NCBI GenBank assembly: GCA_965235115.1
Contig: OZ249450.1
Span: 14,942,001 to 15,006,000 of the forward strand
Source: Laetmonice hystrix
Lineage: Eukaryota
Direction: 5' to 3'
DNA length: 64,000 nt
How positions within the stretch are numbered: the first letter of the stretch is position 1; every line of letters starts with the position of its first letter. A program made the position numbers and the translations under genes. The notes beneath the pieces are model-generated. The model saw nothing but the letters and a program-made list of their open reading frames with translations. It did not search any database and was not told where the DNA came from. This document shows positions 51,088 to 64,000 of the stretch, in pieces.

Positions 51088-52699
51088 GACTTGCAGCCGA
51101 TCTGAACGAACTGAGTGATCCCAACAGCGGACCACGTCCAGTCCATCGAGCTGCCTTCCGACGGGAAACGCTAGGTGGAGTACTGGTGCGTGTACATATA
51201 CTATCGTTGTATACTACACGTACTGCTTTTGTTATTATACAACAGCAGTACCGTGGTTCAGTTGTATATAATCGTAAAGTCACCTTTAATGCAACCTCTT
51301 AACCTCACCCAAACCGAAAAAAGGTTCCACACGAGTACTCAACACTTTCCACTTCCAACCAACTTGAGAACCACTTGTCATGAGCCAGGTGAAAACCTGG
51401 AGAGAATTATGAGAACCTTGGTTTTACCAACATAACGCTGATTCATGAAGCATCACTCTTCCCCCTCAGGCTTAATGTTCGGTTTCTGAAAAGGTCGACT
51501 CCACTGCCGAAAGTAGGCGGCCTTACAGTAGGGAAGCTGTGCAGTCAACCTTTCGCACGTCGCCGAGGCTCCGACTGGGATGTCGTAAAAGCGCTCACAG
51601 AAGTCAAAACAATTAGGGCCAGGTTGCACGCTGAGAGGGCGCGACTGTTGCACAGTGAATGAGTTGTCGAGTCGTTTTCTTCTTGATCTTATCCGTGGAT
51701 CTTATAGACAGCATATTGGCCGTGCCCCAACTCAGCAGGGTGGCTGGCCTGGCGGCGGTTTCTCTCCGTGCCAGCAATAGCCAGGCCTCGTCTCTCCCTC
51801 ACCAATAATTCGGCAGTACACAGCGGGCTGATCACAACCTCTATATCGCACCCCACTTCCAATTATCATCGTCAATTTACCGAATTTCGGGTCAAGCGTT
51901 TCTTCAGGGGCGCTAACCTCCAACTACATAATGCGCCTGCCCCCATACGGGTGCCAGGGTCGGCAGTCGGGCACGGGGTGCGAGTCCCTGGCCGTGTTGA
52001 AGTCAGCGGTCCCGTGGTGTTCAATTAGGTCCTATTGCGGTCTGACAGACAGATGAATAACTAAGGTATCTACCAGGCACACTCAGTCGTCTCTGAATGG
52101 CGCCAATTTCCAGAAGACTTGGTGAGGTTTCTCACACCAAACCAGGGGCGATTACCGTCTCATTTCACTGTCTTGAAGGAGTTTGTGATTTTTGTTTTGA
52201 AGGGGGGGGGGGGGGGGTAAGCGTGTGACTATATGTCGGTAATATTTCTAAGTACATTATCAATATCTAACCTGAAGACCACGGTAAATAGAATCGGGAG
52301 ACGCTCACCTACCTGTCGACCTTACATCAGGAATCGTCACCCCTCCGAGACTGGACGCAGTGACGTCATCCACTCAGCATATACTCCGCCAAAGTTGCCG
52401 CTCACGCTCGTATAATCCGTCCGAGTTAATCCCGGTGATCAACACTGTATGGATTGAATATCCTACTTCCCGCAACCCTTCAGCTATAACTCTGCAACTT
52501 GTCTGGAAAACAAACAAAGGAGGTACACTTAGTAGATGGCTCAGGTAAATAGTTTCAATCTACACAACTCCACTCGTTTCCTGGTAGAAAATCATATTAC
52601 CATATACTCTGCCACTTCCGTCACTATACACAGGATTTATTTATACAACGGCAGCATGCTCATTGGTAAGACATACAAGCTGTCAGCCGCGATATAAGA

Positions 52700-52868
52700 C
52701 AGATAGATAGACAAATAGGTAAATAAATAAATAACTACATAAATAAATAAATAAATAGATAAATAACTAACTAAATAAATAATAATAATAATAAATAACA
52801 AAATAAATAAATAAATAAATGAACTAATAGATAAATAAATAATAAAAAAAACTAAATAAATAAATAAA
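52700..52868. repeat. Degenerate (AAAT)n/(AGAT)n/(AAT)n microsatellite
   Basis: Read directly; explains ORF 52637-52876. Confidence 0.95.
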
Positions 52869-53384
52869 AATGCCATCCTAAATCACGGGATGACGTCACT
52901 TAAATGTTCCAGCAAAAAACAACCATAATAAATCAAAGAAGAGGGGCCACAACGTAAAAGATTGGTGTTGAGGCTGTAAACTGTAAACAGGTGTTTACAA
53001 TAACAGCAAACAGACCACTACCCGTTCCTGGTACAACTTTTTCCTTAGCTCTATGAAAAGACGTGGGCTAAAAATGAGAACACCATTTAGACTCATTAAC
53101 ACTGACGAACCTGAGTATAGAAAAGTGCGGCGTATCTTTCATAAATAGCGTTGTCAATTATTTTACTGTGATTTACTAGTGTTTGAACTTGAAACCACAA
53201 ACAGACCAGTAGAAAGAAAAGTGTGCCAGCATGAGCCACTGGGAGCCTCGCACCCCGAAAAGCTCCCGCTGCATTATCCATCATCTGGGTAGGAATGTTG
53301 AGAGGGGCTCTGTGCAATCACGCCAGTAAACCTCACAGGCCTTCACTTCGCTCAGTTTTCTCACCAAACCGTTTTTGATAATAT

Positions 53385-53592
53385 GGTGTTTTAAATTTTG
53401 TTGCTGTTGGTTTCGGTGTTTTAAATTTTGTTGCTGTTGGTTTCGGTGTTTTTAATTTTGTTGCTGTTGATTTCGGTGTTTTTTAATTTTGTTGCTGTTG
53501 GTTTCGGTATTTTTAATTGTGCTGCTCTTGGTTTGGTGTTTTTTTAATTTTGTTGCTGTTGGTTTCGGTGTTTTTAATTTTGTTGCTGTTGG
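53385..53592. repeat. Minisatellite, 30-31 bp unit, about 6.7 copies
   Basis: GGTGTTTTAAATTTTGTTGCTGTTGGTTTC is tandemly repeated with small indels. Confidence 0.95.
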
Positions 53593-56500
53593 GTCCGGTA
53601 CCTAACCGGTGCCACACGTAATTAGGTAACGCTTTGTTGGGACAATAATGTGAGTTGGCAGTGCTTGACGATGTTGAATCACCGAGTTACCTATCCGGAT
53701 CAACATGGTATAGAAACCCCTCGCTCGTATTGGCGCCATCCTATACATCAGGGGGGTGGGGTGGGGTTGACAGGTGAATTAACACCCCAGTCCAACTTGA
53801 CACGTGTTGGCTCCAAGAGATACTATACCACGGCACTTCAGGTGGCAGGTACTGGGGCAGCCTGGTTTGTAGAGAGCAAAAAGTAGGGACGACGAGAGAA
53901 GATGATAGGACCGGTTGGTGCCGGGCGTGCTTCTCTCGAGTGTGAGGGATAAACCCGGCCCCAGTGTCGGCCGTCGGTCGGCCTCCTCACCCTCACGTGG
54001 GGAGTTACCGGCCGGTCTGCCCCCCCCCCCCCCACTATCATCTATACGGCGAGCACGTGGCCAGGCCCCCGGCCCATGCTCTCAGACACTTACATCTCCC
54101 GGTGCTGTTTTCTTTCCTCTACTCCCAGTGTTGTGATAGAAACGTGAACTCCCTGCTCCACCCCCAAACCCACTCTCCAGGGTTCAGCTCTCCATGCAGG
54201 CCGGAGGAGAAGAGTGTCTAAGTGCTTACAGACCCAGCGCCTCCCCCTCCCGGAGTGTGGGGGTGTGGGGGGAGCCCTATACACCCCACCCCTCCACACC
54301 CGACACACCTCAATCTAAGTCCGGGTGGACGACCTACCACCTCCGGATCACTACGGATACAGAGGAAGGATTTCATCACGTTCCAGGAAACCCCAGGTTC
54401 ACGAACGGTATCCCACAGAGTATGTGTGTATTTGATGACCGTGAGATCATAGAGAAGTTTATAACGTATGCCCAACATCTGACAGATCTCCGTGTTACTA
54501 TGACACGGTGGGGTAATAACACCTTATCATTACAAACAACAAGATCAGGACACAGATGGTAGATGTGATAATTAGGGTACCCACAAACATGATAACCTTT
54601 GTGAGATGTAGGGAATACAAGTTCTTGATCACTCTGACAACTGGCCCACGCTCCAACTGTTCAAAGATCCAACCGGATGACATTACACCTACGTCATGCA
54701 GGCAGTGCGCGAATCGTGTGGTTATTATCTATGGGACCGGCTCCCATCTAAATAAAAGGCACATTTCAACTTGGATTCTGTAAAAACATCGCTGACGTTC
54801 CGCCAGACGAAAGATGGATCCTAATAACTGGAGAAGGTACACCAGTTGGTAAATATGACCGACTGAATCACAAGCGACATATGCCCGTAATTTGTCTATA
54901 TATCTGGATCTGGAATGTCAATTCATGTACTTAACTTTGCCGCCAAAAGTATACATCGTTTGAATTGTTACGAATGCACAGGAGGTAATCAGATTAGATT
55001 GCAACTGGTTGCTGATTATACACACCAATTAGCACGGCAATTGTCGCCAACCAGTGCGCCACATACAGAGTTACAAGCGAGTTTAGAGAGACACGGTAGC
55101 TAATTGGAAGGCAATTTTACCACTCGCAGTCGGACGGCCACTGTTATCAGCTACCGGTGTGATAATGTCTATGCTAATGATGCATCACGCATGTGCTCTG
55201 TTGACAATAGCCCATGTTACAATGGCGCCGGAATCGAATCAGCAAGGATCAGCGTGTATAATAGTGTCAAATGAAGGTAAATATCGGTTCTGAGATTGGA
55301 GAAGATGATGCTAAATGTGCGGACGTGGAGGGAACTGTCAAGGCCGCCATGGCTACGCCAGAAAAAAACATCCCGGCGCCGGGGGGAGCCGGAGAAATTA
55401 TGGGTCTGTGAATGAGCTATATGGAGGCAAATATGACATAGCACTCACCCGTCCCGATTCCCAGACCAGGGGATATTACAGTCCGGCATGACTGACGACA
55501 GCTACTATAACGGACACTCCGCGGTGGACATACATAATACAAAAATATATGTGTATGTATGGGTGTATACAGACATGTAACCGTACATCACTTACATAAG
55601 TAACGTACATAATATATACACATAATGTACCTGAAAAGCACAACGCCGAGGCATTATACCCTAATAATCACCTAGCCGATTCTGATTTAATCTTAGTTAA
55701 GGAATAAAACGGAGGAATTTATGTAACCAGTTCAAAAGTCTGGGGTTGTAAGTGCGTTGTCCGTGTGCCCATCTTACCTTCACATGACATGATAGTGTCG
55801 TGGTTTGTGAGACAAAATGTAATCTGGCAGGGAGCGGCTTGCTTCGTTCACTACTTGTGGCAGCCCCGTCACGTAACATTGCGGGTCACGTGACAACGGT
55901 AATCCCATGTCCGATGGGGGATGGGGTAGGGGTTGGGGTGGGAGTGAGGGGGGTGATGAAGACAAAGAATCACCGTCCTCAAATCTCAGGGGGCCGAATA
56001 ACAACCTACGCGGCACTGTCTCCACAACACTCAAACAACGGAATTTAAGACGGAAACGGAAGAAATGGACCTAACGTAAAACCGACATTACTGGCTAACA
56101 GGCTTAGAACATGAACACCCCATTCTACTTCACTGGTAATGGCCACATTCTACAGAAGGCGTATCGTATAGCAGGTTGGAGAAGCTCTATTCATTCAGCG
56201 GAAACTAAGGTTTCCCTCCTTCGCTTTCCTCGGTCGGGAACGACAAAGTGATGCAGGACGGGAGAAATAAACATGTGCCTTATTAAGGTCGCGCAACTAC
56301 GGGCAAACAGGGCCAGCGGGAGTAAGAAACACTCGACGAAGGCCTCCTACAGGGTTCTTCTGGCAGTTGTCATGAAAACCAAATGGAAAAACGTCTTGTC
56401 CTGATCACTCTTCTTGGATGCGCAAATGGGAAATGTCGGACAGCCCAGTCTTGAAGCCAATGATTGCAAATCTTAAAAGCAATCTTGATAGCCCCGCTTG

Positions 56501-59500
56501 TAAGCCCAGGTGGAATTTTCCCTGGAAAGGCGAATTTAATTGTTTTCTTGCTAACTCTACCCTTTTATGTCTTAAAATATCAGTTTGAACCCCCCCAGTA
56601 CATGACTCTCTTTCTCTCTTTCACTAATTTTGAATATTATTTCCTCATGTTTATTTTCAACGTCAAAAGCTGCTTTTAGATACAGATCTCGGAAAGGCCG
56701 TGCAGCGAGTTTTGAAGTGGAGATTGGCGTCCAGTCCACCATCCAGTCATGGTCAGCGACTGGTCGTTGAACCCTGGACCACGATGGATGATGTCCCGAG
56801 GATACGGACTCGTGATTGGTGCGATATTTGGTATGTGAGCCTGCGACCTGCCATCCATCACGCATTGGCACCTGCAGACCTCCCCCCGCACCCTCGACCA
56901 CCTCCACCATTGCTCCGACCACCAGGCCCAAACTAAATTGCCGCCATTGTCGTCGTGCCCTCAGGGATAGTCTACCGACACCGAATAAAAGCTGCTGGAC
57001 TTCCGGTCGACAAAAAGCTGTGCTGACGTTACGCTACGTCTATACGGCCTTTACGCTGTAAATTTTGCCAAGCGGTTCCGGAGTTTCCCAGCTAACATTT
57101 TATAAAGGCCTTTGATTTATCAACCATATATTATTTGGAAGTCCATTAGAAGTCCATCGCTGATAAACTTATGGCCTGTCCTTTGGGAATACGATAACAT
57201 ACAGTATTTTGTCCCTTCATATCTATATTTCAATGTTAAATCTCACAGAAGGAGGTGGAATTCAGAAGGCCTGATTAACAAACGTGCCTAGTCTCCTAAA
57301 CACTTTTAATATTGAAAGGTCCCTCTGAAAATAGGCAAACGTATCGTCTAAATAGCTATTAACTCAATTAATGTTTTGGTATTTTTATTATTTATTTATT
57401 TTTATCTATTTATTTCTTTGTGATCACAATTGAAAGATTGCTACCAGCATGCATTGCCATTATGTAGGCCTACATGCCTCTAGAAGAGCCAATGTACTTA
57501 CATGCCTCCAAAAGAGTCAATTTTAATTGTTTGAAAACCATGACAAATGCGGGAGAGTTTCAAATAGGCAATGATACAAGTACAGAACCAGACATCTACC
57601 ATAACCCAGCCATACATTCAAATTACTGTGGCTTTAGAGGCGGAACACACGCACCTGCCTGCAGGCAATCCCACATTCCTTGTCAGCGTATGTTAAAGAT
57701 ATTCCTGGTATGAACGCCACCTTCCAGGAAGAAATGTCTGCACCCATGGTGTCAAGGGTCGGAACAGCAGCAGTGATCGCCAATTTTCCAAGCAATGTTA
57801 AAGAGAGCATCTCATGAATTTCCAAGTCATACGTGGTGTTTCAGTAAAAACATTTCTGCATTGCGGTTTTCTGATTATGATCCAAAGCTCTTGAACTTGG
57901 CGGGCATTATGTAAAATATATTCTAAAAGTCGCCAAATCTTATTTCAGTCACTGCCAATGACCTACTTGGCTCCCAAGACCCCAGGAGTTGTTTTTCTTA
58001 TTCCTACGCACACGGCTATGCAAATTATGGTCTGTGCAAATTAGAAGCTCTTCTGTCAGTACTCGCAACATAGATGTTCGATTTGTACTATAGCGAAAAT
58101 AGATTTCGAATATTGTCAGCATTATTCTCTGGAATAATCACGGCTTTTTTTCACGAATTCTGGGACTACATTCGTCCGCGGATTGTTACCGAAGGTGTGC
58201 TCTACACCACCACAACAACATAACGTTCAAAATGATTGGAAATGGCGCCATTCATCGTCTTTGCGTGCATTCCCGCTACATATTGTAATTTTTCCACCAC
58301 CAAGGAGAATTTCAGAGCTGTCTACTCACAGGATGTGTTAACAACTTTCAGTGCCATAAAGTACGTTAGAGGTGAGCATAAGATGTCGATCCGGCAGATG
58401 AGATACTCCCTTTAATGGGATAACTGCTACACATGCAGACGGATATAGGCGTATGCCTGGACCGGTCTAGCTGCTAGACATACCCATGCAGCAGACATAC
58501 GTACATATATGCCCTGGGGCTGAGCGGTGAGGAGGAATGGAGGCTGTCTGCTAGGATATAGTTTGTACCCACACTCGGCCCAGGTCAACGTACAAATACT
58601 CTCACCTGTGCCCATTAATCAGTGAAGAATGTTCACCCTCTACAGTTTAATGGTTGGTTGCGTAGGCTAACGAAGAGAACGCCGTAGACCAAAGGAAGAG
58701 GAAACGAAAAAATAAACATAAGAATGTTGAGAAAAAAATCCTTAGCCACCTGTCACCATTCTCTCGCATACTTGACGGTATCGATCAGACATGGGATTCG
58801 ACCAGTTAACTTGGATGGTCACATCTTGTGCGCTCTATAACCCCGGGGACGAATCGTCCAGTATCAGGAGGTGCATACCTCACTTGTATCCTATTATTCT
58901 TCCTCTCCGTTATAGTTTTCAAACATGGTCTCTGTTTGGTCGCACTTTTGTATATTCTGTCGCAATGGACCCCTTCCCTATTATACATAAGGCCTACCAC
59001 TTTAGGACAAGTTAATTGTGGAGTCCCACAATTATCGATGAAGTGAACAGGTTGTCGCCATCTCAATGTCTGTCCCCTACCCAGTTGTTGAGTGGCGGCG
59101 TTACGCCGGAAAGTCGACCTCCTGATCCCGACACGATACCTAATCAATTTCTCCTCTCCACCTCCAACCTGTCTCCTTTGTGATACCGCCGTTCTCCTCC
59201 AGTGAACACGGCCACCTTGCGCGGAGGCCGGCGGGCCGGCGCCGCTCCTGTAGACGGGTGGGGAGTCCATGTAGGCTCCCCTCCAGGGCGGGTTGTTCAG
59301 ACGACGGGAGACTGGTAGAGACAATTCAATTATTTCGCTCCGTTACAATGTACTTGTAGGGGGAGCGCAGGGACTGTGGTAAGCGATAACACTGGCTGAA
59401 CACGCCGGGAGGTTTGGAGGGGGGGGGGGGGTCAGCCCCCCCCCCACACCCCCTTATATTTTGGGGGTAACGGGCGGACGACTTGGGGAGTGGGAAGACG

Positions 59501-59938
59501 TGCATTGGGAGGTAATCGGAAGGGGCTTGCATTGTCAGCTCCAGGCAGTGCCACCAATCATATACCCACCCCGTCTCCCTGCAATCTCTGCCGGCAGGGA
59601 GAGCCTCGGAAAGACGAAACGAGTCATCCAATCAAATCGTCCGACACTGATACTATCGGTGTCAGCAGTAAAGGCAGCCTCAACAACTGGGTTATCGTAT
59701 CCTGTGCTAATTATTTTAAACGAGCATTAGCAGGATCTTTATACAACTGAAGCTAAAAGACACATAATTTGCTCAGCGTTTTCTCTAAGAAAGTGAGGAA
59801 GAAAGAAAGAAAATGAATGGAAGAAGACTAGATAAGAATGGAAAGTAAACGTACGTGTGCGTAGTATATCGACTGCCTGTATTTCTGATGTCACAATCTT
59901 TGTTTTCATGTTTAGGTTTGGAGAAAGATCACAAATGG

Positions 59939-60149
59939 AAAGATCACTTCCGGTATGATGTGAAGATCACTTCCGGTATGATGTAAAGATCACTTCCGGT
60001 ATTATGTAAAAATCACTTCCGGTATGATGTAAAGATCCCTTCCATTATGATGTAAAGATCACTTCCGGTATAATGTAAAGATCACTTCCGGTATGATGTA
60101 AAGATCACTTCCGGAATAATGTAATGGTCACTTCCGGTATGATGTAAAG
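59939..60149. repeat. Minisatellite, 23-bp unit, 9 copies, carrying ETS consensus sites
   Basis: AAAGATCACTTCCGGTATGATGT repeated; 8 of 9 units contain CTTCCGG. Confidence 0.97.
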
Positions 60150-60192
60150 GCAGCCGCGGTCGCTGACTGACGATCTGGCTTCATTGTAATAC

Positions 60193-60264
60193 CAGACCCT
60201 CACTACACAAGTATACAGACCCTCACTATCCAAGTATATAAACCCTCACTACACAAGTATACAG
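60193..60264. repeat. Tandem repeat, 23-bp unit, 3 copies
   Basis: CAGACCCTCACTACACAAGTATA-like units at 60193, 60216 and 60239. Confidence 0.92.
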
Positions 60265-63200
60265 GTGGAAGTTGTATCTGTTAAACGGAAGTTTCCGTAC
60301 AATAGCCATAAAACGGAGTACCCATGGAGTGGGCCATGAGTTAATTATAAATTATAGTAATCTCTTCAAATGGATAATTAGACACATCATCAAGGTATCT
60401 TTTGTCGACACGAGATTTGGGGGATGTGACTTGGACAAACTGAATCCGTGGTTCTTAGCTAACACAGAATGGTGTACGTGTCCGATAAATGTCGGTCATC
60501 GCCAGGAAATAAACGATCACCGAGTGATGCTCACGACTTCCGGAAGTGGATAGGCTACCGGAAACCCAGGTGTGAGTGAGTGCCTGTATATTCCATAACG
60601 CCTCATGTCATTTCATACCTGATCGTGTCCGAGTTTATTTCACAAATTACACCGACAACCACTTGTAAATCATCGCCGACTGTCACAATGACATGTTACG
60701 TTCACGAGCTGCCACGGACGCTCGACGACACCTGACAATTAACAGGTGAAACTGCCCTCCCCCGGCAATCTGATCGTCATGTATCCAGATATAAGCTGAC
60801 CTCTGTCATCAGGACGCCGGCCCTCTTATTAACAAGTTCATTGAACTGAACGGTCTCTGCAAGAACATTACGATAAAGTCACCTATTTCATTGTCTTCCA
60901 TCGAATATATTTTTCTCAGCCCTAGCATTATATTTATTTCCTTTATCAACTACAGCCTTCTGTCTCATTCTGCAAGGGTGTGCTAAACATATGGCGCCGT
61001 ATTTCACGGCGTCCGGGTGATCCACTTATTGATCATCGCAAGGGGAAACAATAAATACTGCGAGGAAACGTAATATTATTGTGCGTATCAATGTGTTCTT
61101 TTTATATCATTTCCCTGACGTCAGGGGGCTGGTACATGAAGGATACAAGGCAATTAGTGATGGCATAAATAGGACAGCGCCAGTGATAACATTGTTATCA
61201 CTGTAGGAAAACACTAGCATGGTCACCCAGTGGTATACGCAACAGAAGGGCATCTAGACTGGATGTAAGAAGAAAGGAATATACCACAACAAATCTAGGC
61301 AACTCTTGCTGTAAACTCGCTAGTTTTTGTAAGCCGAGACAGCATAAAGCAAAGCCTAACTGTGTCAGCTATCAGAGAGACAACTTCATGTCTTTGTTCG
61401 TTTCGGGTAATGCGGTGATTTACGCCTCCGTTTTCTAAGTATCCTCCAGTCCGTCTATAAAATATCAAGGATGGTATAACTCACTGGGCCGGACTTTACG
61501 GATGATGCAGCAAACGCTTCAAAGACAGCCTTTACGGATGTGGCCACAAATGACCTCGAACCGCTTCCAGTGCCCTCAAAGGGACTGGCAGGCAAGCAGA
61601 CCACTTTTGCTGTTTCGGTTGAGGCTTAATAAATTGGGTCACTGGTCGACTGGCCGGCGGGATTCCTGGAATGGCGGGAAAAGAAATCTTTGAAATCCGG
61701 TGGCGCGGTTGCCGAATATCCTGGGTATTGCGACCCCGCCCCCCGTTTTATCACTGTCCATGAGTCCGACAAAGAACGAACCTCGTAAAACAAATAGCTG
61801 GAGCGTGTACTGCATTGGCAAAACAGGCGCCGATGGGCGAGGCTGAGATCGAATCTGCACTCGACAGTATAGATAAGGCGAGGGGCGGTCTGCTAAAAGA
61901 TTGAAAGAAAATTTCCTGCGCGCTTGGCCATTGACGAGAAAACGTATTCGGCACTTTAGCGGTTTCCCGCGCGCTGTCTGTGGCGGGGGTCAGGGCTGCA
62001 GCGTCGTACGTCAGCAAAATAGACCTGTGCTGACGTCACAACAAGAGCAGCGATTTCTGCCGCCTTCTCAGGCAGTTGCCGCCCAGTTATACGAAACCAA
62101 CGATGCGTGTGATTGTCAAGAACCAGTCGCTTGTCGGCGCTCCATCTATTAAAGACATATCGTGCCTAGATTTGCAGCCACCAGAACGCTGGGCCGGAGG
62201 TATATCGGCCTAATCCGGCACATATGATACATTGCTTGGCGCTACGGCTCAGGACGCGGCGCAAGCACCATTTTCTGGTGCACAAAGGATGCTATTCGTT
62301 TGTGCCAAAGCAACCTGGGCTCGCCTCAGCAATCCTTATATCGTATAAAGGGCCATTTTGTCCACAAAGATCTGGCTCATTCTGAGCGATATTTCGTGCT
62401 ATCAATTCCCCGGGAGGACACTAAAAGCAATATCATGTTCGATTGCGGATTGAAATAAAATGAAGCATTAGCAGAAGATTTCTTTCCGCCGTGACCACTT
62501 TGTGAATTACGATATTGCATGTATCATCTTGCCATTTATTCAGCTCCTCCTATTTCAACGACTCTTAGATTCATGTAAGTCCAATGTTACAGGCATATTA
62601 ATATATGTACCCCTACTATTTTAATTCTAAGTATCTATTAGACGCGAACAGAATGTATAAAACAAAAGACCAACCCCAAAAAAACAATAAAAATGAATTG
62701 TTTTAATAGCATGTCTACTTTCGATGAAATATGAGATGAGAGTAATGCTAATAATGGCGCCTCTGGCCATGGAAAGCCCCATAAGCTATTTTCAGCCTGC
62801 CCATCCCCTACACATCATGAGCTATGTGAGATAAAACGTGTCACAAATCCTGCAGAAAGTACTTACAAATACTTGTGAAGCCATTGTCAAACTCGAGAAC
62901 AGATGACATAAACACATTCCATCCATACTGCTTAACACTAAACTAATATTTAAGGGTACATGAACTGAATGTTAGTGGATAGGTATGTGTAGGACTTTCG
63001 ACCTGTGATCTTACAAGTTTCTTTTATTAAGTGGTACACGCCAAGTGAAGAAACCAGATATATACCTTCGCTTTAAATGTTTTTTGATGTCTTACCTAGA
63101 CCTAAAGAACTAAGCCCTACGCCGACCACCAGAGGTCGTTAGAAGGCGGTCAGAGAGTGATCTTGAGGTCAACTGCATGCTGTTCTCAGACCCGGCCATA

Positions 63201-64000
63201 ATCAACAGCTGCTTCGGCTAAGCGGAAATGAACTCTTGGCTAGCCACACCTACCCCTGGCTTCTAGATCGTCTTTCAAAGAGGCTCATGTAAGGTTGCAC
63301 GCCTGGTAATCGGACTGGAAGTCCGTTCAGCACCTAAACTACCTGTAAGACACTCTTCACCGGGGCGTTTTATATCTGGTGTTATCGTGGCCCTCAGGCA
63401 GTCAACCACCAACCGTCGGAGGCTGCACTTCCGGGTCATTAACGTTGTAACGGGTTAGTCACAGGTTGTGCAGGTTGCATCTGTTTCCTCTGAAAACAAC
63501 AGATCTGGCACAGGAGGCGCTAGTGTACACATCACTGGCCTCAGTTGCAACGGGACATATAAAAAAAATCGAAATAGTGTGCTTCCCTCTCGCTTTATAA
63601 GATTGCAGTGACATTTCAGTTAAGACTTCTTGAACCTGGGCAAATCAGGCTGCCTTGCCTGAGTAGATGCCAGCAGGTCACAGAATCTAAAGGGTTAAGG
63701 TACTGAGGCAATGACGGGTACCTGACTCCAATACCAGCACGGTACCGTTTGAGGGATATGACCAGTGTGAAATAAAACTAAAACTCTTTGGTCTGTTAAT
63801 TGTCGGTCAATTCGTCTCGTTTAAGTTTTATCCTTTCACGTCCCCGGCCTCTGACCTTATTAAGTGGGTGTAGTCTATCATACAAGACATGCCGGCAGGC
63901 CCTGAACGTGACTAAGAGCTGGGTGTCCTGTTGGACAATAATCACCTCACTATCTGTTTTGGTGAAGTGTTTGACACTTTGGCCTCACCCGTAGTTTAAG

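Noticed and set aside
57634-57825. Tx1/L1 RT-thumb-like LSLTLLGKLAI
   Set aside because: The similarity does not extend beyond about ten residues.
61639-63994. LINE relics: DKTGGGVAI (minus strand, about 61.74 kb) and ELGVLLD (plus strand, about 63.92 kb)
   Set aside because: Short motifs on opposite strands with no supporting flanking motifs.

Overview
This is eukaryotic genomic DNA, not a prokaryotic locus. It is inferred to be an invertebrate animal from abundant CpG, a V/Meta-type SINE core, animal-type EnSpm/Kolobok/Tc1 ends, GT-AG introns, microsatellites and one 183-nt N gap. I found no intact protein-coding gene, tRNA, rRNA, snRNA or CRISPR array; the supplied ORFs are short, low-complexity or decayed. 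The window is a transposon and tandem-repeat graveyard. Best-supported objects: (1) a 3.47-kb non-autonomous EnSpm/CACTA (CMC) element (41163-44630) with intact ends, TA target duplication, subterminal repeats, an internal TATA promoter and two in-frame spliced exons of a SAMD3-like accessory protein; (2) an internally deleted Tc1/mariner element (11880-12709); (3) two MITEs; (4) a foldback-like pair of quasi-palindromic arms; (5) a SINE fragment; (6) about ten mini- and microsatellites, some made of transcription-factor consensus sites (ETS, CCAAT, GATA). Many stop-poor, protein-like but unidentifiable frames suggest fossils of larger elements. I cannot claim a new biological system from sequence alone. 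The leading candidates for follow-up are the EnSpm accessory gene, the foldback structure and the fossil ORF clusters. All family assignments are from motif recognition, with no database search.
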